A DNA stretch of 64,000 bases from Cyanobacteria bacterium P01_D01_bin.156 (GCA_039024555.1 JBCCQQ010000023.1:1-64000), one strand, 5' to 3'; positions 50,541 to 60,869 are shown, counted from the first letter of the stretch. Notes: a model not told the origin generated them from the sequence alone. Numbers and translations are program-made.

Positions 50541-51410
50541 CTAAGCAAGATTGTTGTAAAAAGCGTCTATCTCCTCCACAGATAAACCCACCATTTCAGC
50601 AATAACTTTCGTCTCCATTCCCGCCTGCCGTAAATTTCTGATTACCTGTTGCAACCGTTCCTCTGCCTCATCTGCACGCTGCGCTTCTATTTCCGTATCT
50701 GTTAGCAGCCAATTACCTGCACTATCACACCATCGTAGCCAGCTATGCTCAATGCCCTCAAACGTGCCTGACCACACACCTAAGCCCAGATCCAACTCCG
50801 GTATCCACAGCTGCGGCTGCGCTTCCTGCACCACCTGCTCCTCATACCGCGCACCCACCAGACGAAAGAACCTGACCACTCCTGTATAGCGACTAAACAC
50901 CACATAGTAAGGCACCCGTAAAACCTGCTCATACACCTGCCACTTTCGCGGTGGCGTAGGCTGACCATTCGTGATTTGGTCGGCGTTGGCGGCTCCATCC
51001 CCGTGAAATGGCCCCAAATCCTCTGTTTCAGTCCCTGGCGACAAAAACTCTACTACCACCAGTGGACTCACACCCTCTTGCCACACCACATAGCTATTAC
51101 GCAAATCTTTGCCATCATAGAGCCTCGGCACATCCACCGCCAAAAACCAATCAGGTCGCTTATGCCACGACGGATTGCGCACATCGTAGTAGAGATTGAT
51201 GTCCGTACCCGTGAAATAGTTATCGGCCCCATACTGAGTCAATCGCAACGTACGACTCAGCAACTGAGGTTGTAAATCATGAAACTCGTCAGCCAAGCCA
51301 GGCTCCTCCGGAAATTCACTCGGCAAATCATACATCGTCGGTAGCGTTTCCGACGGTGGCAATGGAGGCACTGGCTGTAAAAGCTCTATGGGCTCTTTCG
51401 CCTGAGTCAT
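50541..51410 (-). CDS. Uma2/DUF820 family endonuclease with C-terminal coiled-coil
   Basis: LPTMYDLPSE, RPDWF, SYVVWQE, VVEFLSPGT and KWQVYE. Confidence 0.9.
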   Translation of the reverse strand: MTQAKEPIELLQPVPPLPPSETLPTMYDLPSEFPEEPGLADEFHDLQPQLLSRTLRLTQYGADNYFTGTDINLYYDVRNPSWHKRPDWFLAVDVPRLYDGKDLRNSYVVWQEGVSPLVVVEFLSPGTETEDLGPFHGDGAANADQITNGQPTPPRKWQVYEQVLRVPYYVVFSRYTGVVRFFRLVGARYEEQVVQEAQPQLWIPELDLGLGVWSGTFEGIEHSWLRWCDSAGNWLLTDTEIEAQRADEAEERLQQVIRNLRQAGMETKVIAEMVGLSVEEIDAFYNNLA

Positions 51411-51485
51411 AAGAAGAATTAGCGCGAGAGTGATTATCTAAATAATACTGTGCAAAACTAAAAACCTTACATCCACGGCAGACTG

Positions 51486-52100
51486 CTACTTAGCAATATT
51501 TTGTTCACATAGTGCAAAAAAGACTCTTAATCTGCCTAATAACATCGACATATCTCCCACCCCCGTTAACAGTGATTCACTGGCTTCACCGTTAACGGTC
51601 AATCGATAAAACTTCCAACCCTCACCGTTGGTGACAATGCCATAGCTATCAATCTCTCTTCCCTGCTGTTGATTTAGCCACTGACACGTTTTCATCTCCA
51701 CCAAACACTGGGCAGCCCCTTGTTCAAAATTGTCTTTCTTTGCCTCAATGACGCAGACGTAGGGTAGTTCCAAGTAGGCTCGTCGTTCAGCAATTAAGTA
51801 ATCTGCATTGCCACAAACATCATCACCTTCTAAATACGCCCCTTTCCATACCTTCAGCTCTTGTGATGCTTCTAATCCTTCTTCGCAAATAGCATCAATT
51901 AATAATGTTTTCGATACCTCTAGACTCTCCAGGTCAAACCGCTGGAGTCGTTCCAAACGCTGCTGAAAAAAATCGCTTACGGGGATAGGCTCTGCCTCAA
52001 TGGTCCAGCGCTTTAGTTCCGTAATACCTAGATACTTAAAAGCATCCTTGTAGGTAAAACTGGAGAAGCTTTTTTTGCGGTTTTGAGTCGCTTGTGACAT
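51486..52100 (-). CDS. Predicted PD-(D/E)XK restriction-endonuclease-like protein
   Basis: GNADY...IEAKKDNFEQGAAQC..EM and YGIVTNGEGWKF (HsdR-N-like). Confidence 0.7.
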   Translation of the reverse strand: MSQATQNRKKSFSSFTYKDAFKYLGITELKRWTIEAEPIPVSDFFQQRLERLQRFDLESLEVSKTLLIDAICEEGLEASQELKVWKGAYLEGDDVCGNADYLIAERRAYLELPYVCVIEAKKDNFEQGAAQCLVEMKTCQWLNQQQGREIDSYGIVTNGEGWKFYRLTVNGEASESLLTGVGDMSMLLGRLRVFFALCEQNIAK

Positions 52101-52203
52101 GGCCGATATCCACTAGGCTGCCTTTATTATGACAGTCGCCCAAGCTTTCGGAACTAGGATTGAACAAGGTTATCAACTTGGATATCTGCAATCAGGGATA
52201 ACT

Positions 52204-52300
52204 GATCCCCTAATCGGAGGGGCGAAGGGGTGGGTTGAACATTAGAGTTAGCGTTCGAGACCCACCCCGCCTTTCAGGCATCCCTTTCAAGGAGGGGATT
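52204..52300. repeat. GC-rich palindromic interspersed repeat
   Basis: ATCCCC...GAGGGG...GGGGTGGGT ... ACCCACCCC...GGAGGGGAT nested inverted repeats. Confidence 0.6.
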
Positions 52301-52344
52301 ATTCAGAAAGTACTTAAGCAAGTAGTAGGATTAATGGTGTAATC

Positions 52345-54393
52345 CTAGTTTACGCGGCAGTTCTCCACGATTTCCTGAGTTGCTTTCTGTATATCAACAG
52401 CCCAACTCTCACCAGCTTGCATAGCTTTCTCCACGCTCTCTAGCGCCTGATAGAACAACTGCCAGCCAGCTTTCTCACGTTCGTAAGTCTTCTGCAAATC
52501 GCTAGGTTCACCCTGAATAAAGTCAAACCCTTCCTGCAGTTGGAAAACGCCGGTATGGATAAACTCAGTGGCTTCAGCCGTTTTACCAGCATTAAACAGA
52601 TTTGCCACCTTGAGAGAGAACCTCAACATAGCGACAGTGATGGGCAGCTTAGACATAAAGCAACCGGTAAATGGTGCAATGTCTGCTTTGATGCTAGCTG
52701 TTGCTTCAGGTAGTACCTCAGCATACTTGGAGAATAATAAAATCCGCAGATAGTCTCCCACCTGCTTACCCACCTTCGCCATGGCAATGGCTTCCTGGGC
52801 AAACCCTTCTTTATCGTGGCGCATGATTAGACCAGAGGCATGGGCGTAGCCTAGGTTAGGCTGCTGGCCCCGAGCGGAGAGAATATATGCCTGGTCTTCT
52901 GCACGTCCGATAAAGCTTGGGGTAAAGGTGCGATAACGGCGTAGGGTATCCACCAGAATTCCGTTGGTGCCACCGGTCACATGGATTCGCTGGATGGCTT
53001 TAGTCTTGCCATCAAAGTCACTATCGGCACCGTAGCGAGTCATCATTTCTGCTTCAGTGGAAAGTGCCTGGGGCAGCTTACTAAAGAACACATACTCATC
53101 GGGAGCCAGCTTGGGGGTTGGAACGGTCACATCTGGCGTAAATACGCCCTTATGGATATCTTTTTGATTCACTAATGCACCGGCAATCATCCCCAGCTCA
53201 ATGGGTTGACCTGCAGAATCTTTGCCAGTGGCTCCCCATAGGGGGGTCTTAAGATGGCCAAAGGCTGTAGCACCGGTTTGTTCTGCGAGTTCTGCCTGGG
53301 GAAAGACCTGGTCCAGGTCAATCTTAAAGGTGGCTTTGATGTCAGGATCGACGAGCACATTCCAGATGGCAACAATTGCCTTGAGAAAGCTGTAGTGACG
53401 ACCATAGCGACCATCTACGCCAAAGACAGATAGCATTTCCTTGGCATTTTCGCCAGCGGATGTGTTTTCCAAAATGGGTAGCAACACCTTGTTGATGATG
53501 GTGTTGGTATCGGTTTCGGTAAAGGCGAAAATGTTTAGTGCATCCAGGGGCTCGCTGGCGGCTAGCACCTGCTTGAGATAGCTTTTGCCCAATGTTTGTA
53601 ACCGCTCATGGGTGACGGATACGGATAGGACGCAGTTTACTTTGTCCGTACTGCCTGACTGCTGGTTCTCATACTCCACTGCATGGTTCAAATGCTTGAG
53701 TCCGTAGAGAATTTCGTTGCTTTCTTCGGCAATGCCAATGGGAATGGGGTGATCGTACCAATACAGCTGAGGATCTTCGGCGGCATCGGCTAACTGGCTT
53801 TGGAAGTCGGTATCAAACCCGGAGAGGTCGGCAGACCCCAGGGGCATGGTGAGCAGGGCATTGGATGTGAAGAGCACCTGCTTAGCGGGGTTGTCGATGG
53901 GGCTGGGGTTAAGCTGATCGATGGTGACGGTGCGCTTTGCCCGCAGCTGGGCTACACCCTCAGCTTCTTGCCCCCAAAGGCCGGTCCCCTCTGGGAAAAG
54001 GACGGACCAGATGCCATTGGCTGCTGCAACGGTATTGCCAGCTGTGCCGTCTAGGGTGGTTGAGATCGCATCCAATTTAGCCTTAAGGTCAGTATCCTGA
54101 GCACTCACCTTCTCTAGCTCTTGAGTAATCAGTTCTACGCTTTTGATATAAAACTGAGCGGTCTTTTCCCAGTCGGGGGATGTGGATAGTTTATCTAGAC
54201 AAGTTTTGGCATCAGCATAGCTAGGATGGGACTCCCCAGCCAGCAAAATCAGAAATGCCGTATTTAGAGTTTGTAGCAGTTTCCCTGTATCTTGTTCGTC
54301 AGTAATCGGGGCCAGTTCCAGGGGCAAAATAGCGTCATTGTCAGCACTAGCAGGCTGAGTTAGAAAACTCAGAATAGGATTGAGGGCTGTCAT
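52345..54393 (-). CDS. Large uncharacterised soluble protein, possible GT-A-fold glycosyltransferase
   Basis: 682 aa from ATG 54393; KIDLDQ (DxD), VTGGTNGIL and GRAEDQAY motifs. Confidence 0.6.
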   Translation of the reverse strand: MTALNPILSFLTQPASADNDAILPLELAPITDEQDTGKLLQTLNTAFLILLAGESHPSYADAKTCLDKLSTSPDWEKTAQFYIKSVELITQELEKVSAQDTDLKAKLDAISTTLDGTAGNTVAAANGIWSVLFPEGTGLWGQEAEGVAQLRAKRTVTIDQLNPSPIDNPAKQVLFTSNALLTMPLGSADLSGFDTDFQSQLADAAEDPQLYWYDHPIPIGIAEESNEILYGLKHLNHAVEYENQQSGSTDKVNCVLSVSVTHERLQTLGKSYLKQVLAASEPLDALNIFAFTETDTNTIINKVLLPILENTSAGENAKEMLSVFGVDGRYGRHYSFLKAIVAIWNVLVDPDIKATFKIDLDQVFPQAELAEQTGATAFGHLKTPLWGATGKDSAGQPIELGMIAGALVNQKDIHKGVFTPDVTVPTPKLAPDEYVFFSKLPQALSTEAEMMTRYGADSDFDGKTKAIQRIHVTGGTNGILVDTLRRYRTFTPSFIGRAEDQAYILSARGQQPNLGYAHASGLIMRHDKEGFAQEAIAMAKVGKQVGDYLRILLFSKYAEVLPEATASIKADIAPFTGCFMSKLPITVAMLRFSLKVANLFNAGKTAEATEFIHTGVFQLQEGFDFIQGEPSDLQKTYEREKAGWQLFYQALESVEKAMQAGESWAVDIQKATQEIVENCRVN

Positions 54394-54553
54394 GGCTTTA
54401 GAAAAAATGTTTAAGGGGACAACATACGGGATCGTGTAGTGATACACCCCCCTATAGTTTTAGGCCAATCTGCTTGGAAGTATGGTGATGCGGACTTCAA
54501 ATCTTTCGAAGTTCTGCTGAAGTTTTATCTCAAAACGAAAATTTGACGAAATA

Positions 54554-54970
54554 TTAGCAGCGATCGCACACCCCGTGGACCGTCACCTCATAGCTCTCAA
54601 CCGTAAGCCCAGAGCGCAATACCCCGGTATCTGCCACTTGAAACTGCTCCCAGGGAATATCTTCAATAGAGCCGCACTCCTTGCAGCGGAAATGATGGTG
54701 TAGGTCCACATTGGCATCGTAGCGACACACACCTTCTTCTAACAGCACTTCACGGACTAGGCCTACATCGCGCAGCGCTTGTAATGAACTATATATAGTT
54801 GCTTGAGAAGACCGGGGCACATCCTTATTAACATCGTGAAGGATCTGCTCAGCGGTTGGATGATCGTTACGAGCCAGCAGGTTGGCATAAACCGCAAAAC
54901 GCTGGGGCGTTACGCGTAGCTTCTTAGCTTTAAGCAGCTTGACGATTTCTTCCGTCTGTTGAGACATCAC
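54554..54970 (-). CDS. perR: Fur-family regulator, PerR-like
   Basis: RVTPQR, HPTAE, HHHFRCKECGSIED and CDRC; divergent from a peroxiredoxin. Confidence 0.85.
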   Translation of the reverse strand: MMSQQTEEIVKLLKAKKLRVTPQRFAVYANLLARNDHPTAEQILHDVNKDVPRSSQATIYSSLQALRDVGLVREVLLEEGVCRYDANVDLHHHFRCKECGSIEDIPWEQFQVADTGVLRSGLTVESYEVTVHGVCDRC

Positions 54971-55099
54971 CGATACAACCGATACGTTTCAAAATGCATG
55001 CTTCTAAGGAGGCATCTAAGAATACAGGTTATCCATACCCCGGTCGCCTATAGTGCAAGCATAGCACTAGTATATTGGTATTCAACTTATATGACACCT

Positions 55100-55157
55100 A
55101 TTTCAACATTAGAACTAGTCTAGGTGTTGAAATTTTTTAAAATAAGAATTATTCTAA
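55100..55157. promoter_or_regulatory. Two Per/Fur-box-like 7-1-7 inverted repeats
   Basis: TTAGAAC-T-AGTCTAG (55109-55123, inside an ATTTCAACA/TGTTGAAAT repeat) and TAAGAAT-T-ATTCTAA (55143-55157). Confidence 0.65.
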
Positions 55158-55266
55158 GTTAGGAAGGCAAAAGCGCAGTTGGGTAATTCCGGTGATAGCA
55201 CCGTTTGAATTTTCTCTTCAGGCTTCCGCCGCAGATCCACCTAAACGTCAAATACAGGAAATTATC

Positions 55267-55839
55267 ATGGCTGTTATCGAAAAAGTACCCAGCGTTGTAT
55301 TTAAGACCCGCGTTCGTGATGAGTCTGTTGAAGGGCCTAACCCCTACCGCTGGCAAGATACAACAACTGAAGATATTTTCGCTGGTAAGAAAATTGTTGT
55401 GTTCTCTCTTCCTGGTGCGTTCACACCCACCTGCTCTTCTAACCACCTACCCCGTTACGAAGAGCTAGCTGATGAGATGAAGGCCCTAGGCGTTGATGAC
55501 ATTTACTGCCTATCTGTAAATGATGCCTTTGTGATGTTCCAGTGGGGCAAGCAACAGGGTGCGGCTAAGGTAAAGCTGCTTCCCGATGGTAACGGCGAGT
55601 TCTCTCGTAAGATGGGAATGTTGGTGGACAAGTCCAACCTAGGCTTTGGTATGCGTTCCTGGCGTTATTCTATGGTCGTAAACGATATGACCATTGAGAA
55701 AATGTTTGCTGAGCCTGACTTTGGTGACAACTGCCCCACAGACCCCTTTGAGGTATCTGATGCAGACACTATGTTGGCTTACCTCAAGGGTGCTGAAGCG
55801 CCTGGTGTATCTGCGCCAGTTAAAGAGTTTGTTGGCTAA
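55267..55839 (+). CDS. Type II (Prx5-like) peroxiredoxin
   Basis: [24 protein letters not shown] and [14 protein letters not shown] 55267 follows AGGAA. Confidence 0.95.
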   Translation: MAVIEKVPSVVFKTRVRDESVEGPNPYRWQDTTTEDIFAGKKIVVFSLPGAFTPTCSSNHLPRYEELADEMKALGVDDIYCLSVNDAFVMFQWGKQQGAAKVKLLPDGNGEFSRKMGMLVDKSNLGFGMRSWRYSMVVNDMTIEKMFAEPDFGDNCPTDPFEVSDADTMLAYLKGAEAPGVSAPVKEFVG

Positions 55840-55874
55840 TTTTAGTCCCAGACTAGGTTAGGTAACTTCATCGG

Positions 55875-55910
55875 GGCAAAGAAGGTTCGTCATTTGTCTT
55901 CTTTGCCTTC
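55875..55910 (+). terminator. Hairpin after the peroxiredoxin gene
   Basis: GGCAAAGAAG / CTTCTTTGCC. Confidence 0.6.
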
Positions 55911-56204
55911 TACTTCCCTAATGGATTGTTGTCAGCGGCAGAAAAGATAGGTCGTTTTAATCGCTCTTTAGACTGGCTCCTTTCTCTACACCTCTGGAGC
56001 AGCTGCGTCTTTGATTCGTCGGTTTAAGAGCAGATTCTACATTGTTGAAAGTTCTTAGAGCATGTGTTTTTACTGATCAAGAGTTGACCGAGCTTGCGCC
56101 TCAGTTATTTTTTAAGCTTATTTCAAGCCTGAATTAAGCCATACTTTTATCAACTAACTCACTCCTCCCACGTTTATGCCTGTTCAAGGCAGAGTAAGAA
56201 AGCC

Positions 56205-57203
56205 ATGAAAATCTCCAGTGCCAATATCGAAAACCATCTAGATACAATCTATGACGCCATTGTTGTTGGTGGTGGCATGGGTGGTCTTTCGGCAGCGATT
56301 TATTTAGCCCGCTACGGTCTTAAATGTTTGGTGATTGAGAAGGGTAAAGGGCGTTCGATTTGGATGCAAGAGACCCGAAATATGTTGGGCCTTGACCCTA
56401 CGACACCGGGGCGTAATATTCTCACCCATGGTAAAAAGCAGGCTTTGGAATGGGGCTCCGATCATTTACAAGGGTTTGTGGATAAGGTGACGGATGAAGG
56501 GGAGACATTTGCTGTAGATGTCACCATCGGTCGGAAAAATGGCAAGCAATATACCCTACATAGCAAATATATAATTGCGGCCTCTGGTGTGATTGATGTG
56601 TTGCCGGAGTTGGAAGACATGCAAAATGTCTATGACTATGCGGGATACACACTTCACGTCTGTATGATCTGCGATGGTTTTGATATGTGGGACCAAAAAG
56701 CGGTGGTGATGGTCAGTCGTGAGTCCCAAATTAATGTAGCGTTTGTACTGAACTGGTTTACGCCCTATATATCTGTTCTCACCAATGGATTTACGGTAGG
56801 AGATGAAATGAAGCAAAAATTGGCCGACTATGGATATCCTCTGTACGAAGCGCCAATTAAGCAGATCTTAGGTGAGAACCATCGCATGAGTGGTGTTGAG
56901 CTAGCTGACGGAACTGTGGTAGAAGCGACCACCGGTCTGATTAATATGGGCTCGATTTATCACAATCACTACCTGAAAGATATTGAGGGGCTGACCTGGG
57001 ATGGTGAGAATTTGGTAACGAATACCATGGCTCAAACCACCCATGATCGTATTTTTGCAGTGGGCGATCTTAAGCAAGGGCTGAATCAAGTGTCTGTCGC
57101 AGTGGCCGATGGCACCTTAGCGGCAACCCAAATTTGGCGATACATTCGCCGCAAGAGCGCGCCACGCAAGTGGGAAGAGAATTTAGTGTCTGCTTCTGTT
57201 TAG
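56205..57203 (+). CDS. Thioredoxin-reductase-fold flavoprotein, DDOR-like (diflavin-linked disulfide oxidoreductase)
   Basis: GGGMGG FAD motif, HVCMICDG (CxxC), no GxGxxA NADPH motif, and a C-terminal PRKW tail. Confidence 0.85.
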   Translation: MKISSANIENHLDTIYDAIVVGGGMGGLSAAIYLARYGLKCLVIEKGKGRSIWMQETRNMLGLDPTTPGRNILTHGKKQALEWGSDHLQGFVDKVTDEGETFAVDVTIGRKNGKQYTLHSKYIIAASGVIDVLPELEDMQNVYDYAGYTLHVCMICDGFDMWDQKAVVMVSRESQINVAFVLNWFTPYISVLTNGFTVGDEMKQKLADYGYPLYEAPIKQILGENHRMSGVELADGTVVEATTGLINMGSIYHNHYLKDIEGLTWDGENLVTNTMAQTTHDRIFAVGDLKQGLNQVSVAVADGTLAATQIWRYIRRKSAPRKWEENLVSASV

Positions 57204-57228
57204 AAAAGAGATAAGAATTGGACTTGGC

Positions 57229-57276
57229 AGTCGGAGTTCTGAATGGGGAATGGGTTCCTATTTAGAACTCCGATTT
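57229..57276 (+). terminator. Long terminator hairpin
   Basis: TCGGAGTTCTGAATGGGGAA / TTCCTATTTAGAACTCCGA followed by TTT. Confidence 0.7.
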
Positions 57277-57501
57277 CTATATAGGTGCTGTTCTGACTGC
57301 TAAAAATTCGCCTTCTGAACCCATCTAAGTGAGCCAAGAAAATGCCCGTCAGATGCTAAGCTTCTGAATCGGTTTTATGCTGACAAAGAGTATCTGGGCC
57401 TAAAGACGGCGCAGTCGGCTGCAGAGTTTTCTGTGGGTCGGTGCTCAGCACTGGTTCAGTAACTGGGGTAGAACTACAAGGGGCTGTTTATTTCTTCGCT
57501 T

Positions 57502-58380
57502 ATGCCGTGGGTCCGTATTGCTAGTGGTGGGGTTGCGATCGCAATTGCCCTAATGATGATTATTCTAGGAGGCTGGTACTTCACATTAGGGTTTGGCATC
57601 ATCGTCTACCTTGGTCAGCTGGAGGTATTTGGATTAACCAAGGCAAAAGGAATCAACGCCGCAGTGAAAACTACACTGATTGTTAGTCAAGTGTTGCTCA
57701 TTGCAGCTTACCTTGCCCCTGGCCTGACCGATGCCATTCTGTCTCTGGCGGGTACGTGTATTTGCTTTTATGTGCTGTTTCTACCCAAGTTTGCCTCCAT
57801 TGCAGATGTAGCCGCATCCATTCTGGGACTATTTTATGGAGGCTATCTGCCCAGTTATTGGATTCGCCTACGTGGATGGGAAAGTAGCGCTGCCAATCTG
57901 CCCCTCGGTGGCTATTGGCCCTCTAGTTGGAGTTTAGACAGCTTGCCTCTCGGTCTGATCCATACCTTTTTAGCGTTTGCCTGTATTTGGGCTGCCGATA
58001 TTGGCGCCTATGCTGCTGGACGTGCCTTTGGCCGTACGCCCCTCACGAACATTAGCCCAAAAAAAACGGTGGAAGGTGCCCTGTGCGGTATTGCTGGTAG
58101 CTTAATCATCGGTAGCACAGGGGCTTGGTTAATGCAGTGGCCACTGTGGTGGGCAACCGGCCCAGCGTTTGGGACCATTATTGGCGTGTCTAGCCTGCTG
58201 GGCGACCTGACTGAATCGCTGATGAAACGGGATGCTGGTGTCAAGGATTCAGGCTCATTAATTCCTGGTCATGGGGGTATTTTAGACCGCACCGATAGCT
58301 ATGTTTTCACGGCACCCCTCGTGTTTTATTTCATCACCCTATTCTTGCCAAGTTTGCCAGGTACCTGGCCAGGGAGTTAG
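57502..58380 (+). CDS. cdsA: Phosphatidate cytidylyltransferase
   Basis: ISPKKTVEG and [33 protein letters not shown]. Confidence 0.97.
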   Translation: MPWVRIASGGVAIAIALMMIILGGWYFTLGFGIIVYLGQLEVFGLTKAKGINAAVKTTLIVSQVLLIAAYLAPGLTDAILSLAGTCICFYVLFLPKFASIADVAASILGLFYGGYLPSYWIRLRGWESSAANLPLGGYWPSSWSLDSLPLGLIHTFLAFACIWAADIGAYAAGRAFGRTPLTNISPKKTVEGALCGIAGSLIIGSTGAWLMQWPLWWATGPAFGTIIGVSSLLGDLTESLMKRDAGVKDSGSLIPGHGGILDRTDSYVFTAPLVFYFITLFLPSLPGTWPGS

Positions 58381-58420
58381 GGAAGCTGTCGGTGGCGGAA
58401 GAGTTTCCAAAGATGCTTTA

Positions 58421-58506
58421 AATTAGGAATTCGGAGTTCGGAACTAGGAATTCCCCCTCACTCCCGCAATTTCAATTCCGACTTCCTAATTCTCATTTCC
58501 GAATTC
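58421..58506. repeat. Heptameric STRR-like tandem repeats in two inverted blocks
   Basis: TTAGGAA TTCGGAG TTCGGAA CTAGGAA ... TTCCGAC TTCCTAA TTCTCAT TTCCGAA. Confidence 0.7.
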
Positions 58507-58549
58507 ATTCCTCTAGCCAACCTTGTCCGACTGTAGGTAATACCCTGTC

Positions 58550-59374
58550 CTAAGGCTGCACCATGATTTTGCAGTGACAAGTGAGCTGTTCGTTTTTGAT
58601 GACTAATGTGTCTAGCTGCACCTGTTGTCCTAGATCCCACGGGAAATTTGTCAGTGCTTGACTCAGTACCTGTTCACCATTTGGTAGACACCAGTGGGTT
58701 TCCACCAGTTTTAATATATGTCCCTGTTCCACAGTTAGCCGTCCACATAATGTGATTGCGGCTTGTTCTTGACGCATTAACGACAGCAGTAAGCCACCAT
58801 CTACAGGCTGTAGTTTGGGCTGATATGCGTGCAGTGGTTTACTTTGCAAAGCTTCCATCTCGGTGCCGTAGTGGGTAACGATCTCTGTAGCGACATCCTC
58901 CCGAGTCAATAAGGTTTGCCAAACCTCCAAGAGCCCCTGGGCCAGACTAGAGTCGGTAGAGGATTTTACTAAGTCTTGGCTGGTTAGCCTTACGTCTCCG
59001 TCAATGGGAAAAGCCTGTTTGAGACGTAAGGCTTTTCCTCGTAAAACTTGGCCAATATTAATTTGAATATCGCTGGCCTGCACAGCGACATCTGTGATGT
59101 GTACTCCATGATAAACCGCATGTTGAGCCGATAGGGCTATCCCAGGAATATGGCCAGTGAGCACCTGGCGATCCGTAGCCTGAATGTCAAAGTTCAGCTC
59201 CCCAATGTCATCCAGCTGACTCTGTAGCCAGAACTTAACGGCTACCGGCAGTACACGACTTATCAGGCGACTGCCCTGGGTAGATGACGTAGACATAAAG
59301 ATGGTCTGGGAATTTTCAGCCCCGATCATTGCATAGATTGCGCAATTGGTGATGATGTTTGAGATCGCAGACAC
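58550..59374 (-). CDS. DUF2993 (LmeA-like) domain protein (start probably the internal Met of MSTSS)
   Basis: SRVLPVAVKFWLQSQL, QVLTGHIPG and INIGQVLRGKALRL. Confidence 0.75.
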   Translation of the reverse strand: MSAISNIITNCAIYAMIGAENSQTIFMSTSSTQGSRLISRVLPVAVKFWLQSQLDDIGELNFDIQATDRQVLTGHIPGIALSAQHAVYHGVHITDVAVQASDIQINIGQVLRGKALRLKQAFPIDGDVRLTSQDLVKSSTDSSLAQGLLEVWQTLLTREDVATEIVTHYGTEMEALQSKPLHAYQPKLQPVDGGLLLSLMRQEQAAITLCGRLTVEQGHILKLVETHWCLPNGEQVLSQALTNFPWDLGQQVQLDTLVIKNEQLTCHCKIMVQP

Positions 59375-59607
59375 TTAAACGATCCCGAAAAGTTATAGAA
59401 GCATGACTTTTGATGGTGAGGTTGCTCTCAGTGAGATCAGTATGTCATGAATTACTGATATAAAAAATCCTGAAAACTCTGAAAACTCGATAGGGTGATG
59501 ATTTTGTGGGGATCGTTTTGGCTGATCCCGGTTGATCCCCAAATACTTTCCTGGCATGATAATTAATAGAAGCGATCCCCAGGGTGGGCTAGCGCAACAA
59601 TCTTGCA

Positions 59608-60831
59608 GTGCTGAAGGACAAGGGTATGGCTATGGGTAATGGTTCCAAGATTCCGTTAGAGGAAATGACGCTACGGCAGTTGCGTCTGGTGGCAAGTGAG
59701 TACGAAGTCTCTCGCTACAGCCGTATGCGCAAGGTTGAGCTAGTTGAAGCAATTCGTGCTGCACAGGGAGTAAAGGGGGAGCCTGCTGCGCCTGCTGCCG
59801 CCGCCGCACCTGTCGCTGTTGAGTCTGCAGCTCCCATGGCGATGGCAGAGCTGGCTACAGTGGATGACGGCTTTGGTGATTTGCCAGGCGGCTATGGTGA
59901 GAGCCGCATTGTGCTCATGCCCCGCGACCCTGAATGGGCTTATGTCTACTGGGATATTCCTGGCAGCCACAAGGAAGAAATGCGCCGTCAGGGTGGTGTT
60001 CGTCTAGCAATTCGTTTTTATGATGTCACTGACATCGACATCAATTCTGTTGCCCCCCACAGCCTGCAGCAGTATGAATGTGATGAGATGGCACGGGAAT
60101 GGTTCTTGCCAATTCCGGTTAGCGATCGCGACTACGTTGCTGAAATCGGCTATGTTGCTGCGGACGGTCGCTGGCTGCTGATGGCCCGTTCTGCGCCCAT
60201 TCATATTCCTCCGGTATATCCTTCCGACTGGATTGAAGACCACTTTGTTACCGTCAACTTTGACGATGACCTCCGTGGTAAGACCATTATGACTCTGGTG
60301 CCCCCTAGCCAGAAGGCTCTGGGTGTGGATGCTGAGGGTAACCCCATCTACGACGAGATCTTCGCTAAGGCCCAATCCATGGAAGCCCAGCGTATTGCGG
60401 GTTCTCTATTCGGGTCTATGCATCAGGTTCCTGAGGAATCTGTGAGTTCCTTTGTTTTCCCCTCCGGTGCGGGTATGTGGGCATTGCCAACTGCGTCTGG
60501 CATCAATATGTCTGGCGCGGGCTTCTCTGCCTCTGCTCCTCCGGTCCGTCCTCGCAAGTTCTGGTTGATTGCGGATGCTGAGCTGATTGTGTATGGTGCG
60601 ACTGAGCCCGACGCCACTGTGACCATCGGTAGTCGTAAGATTGACCTCAACCCCGATGGTACTTTCCGCTTCCAGATGTCCTTCCAGGATGGTCTCATTG
60701 ATTACCCCATCAAAGCGGTTGCTGTGGATGGTGAGCAGACTCGCTCCATCCAAATGAAGTTCACTCGCGAAACCCCTGAGCGTAATACCAACACTAAGGC
60801 AGAAGCCGTAGAAGAGTGGTTTGCGTTTTAG
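59608..60831 (+). CDS. DUF4912 domain protein with Rho-N-like N-terminus
   Basis: LEEMTLRQLR..SRYSRMRKVELV, LMPRDPEWAYVYWD and ADAELIVYGATEPDA. Confidence 0.9.
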   Translation: MLKDKGMAMGNGSKIPLEEMTLRQLRLVASEYEVSRYSRMRKVELVEAIRAAQGVKGEPAAPAAAAAPVAVESAAPMAMAELATVDDGFGDLPGGYGESRIVLMPRDPEWAYVYWDIPGSHKEEMRRQGGVRLAIRFYDVTDIDINSVAPHSLQQYECDEMAREWFLPIPVSDRDYVAEIGYVAADGRWLLMARSAPIHIPPVYPSDWIEDHFVTVNFDDDLRGKTIMTLVPPSQKALGVDAEGNPIYDEIFAKAQSMEAQRIAGSLFGSMHQVPEESVSSFVFPSGAGMWALPTASGINMSGAGFSASAPPVRPRKFWLIADAELIVYGATEPDATVTIGSRKIDLNPDGTFRFQMSFQDGLIDYPIKAVAVDGEQTRSIQMKFTRETPERNTNTKAEAVEEWFAF

Positions 60832-60869
60832 GTTGAGCGCTCTACGCTGACCTCTGTTTCAAACTAGTT

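Noticed and set aside
59740..60753. Several antisense ORFs within the DUF4912 gene (and similar ones in other large genes)
   Set aside because: Shadow ORFs of codon-biased genes on the opposite strand.
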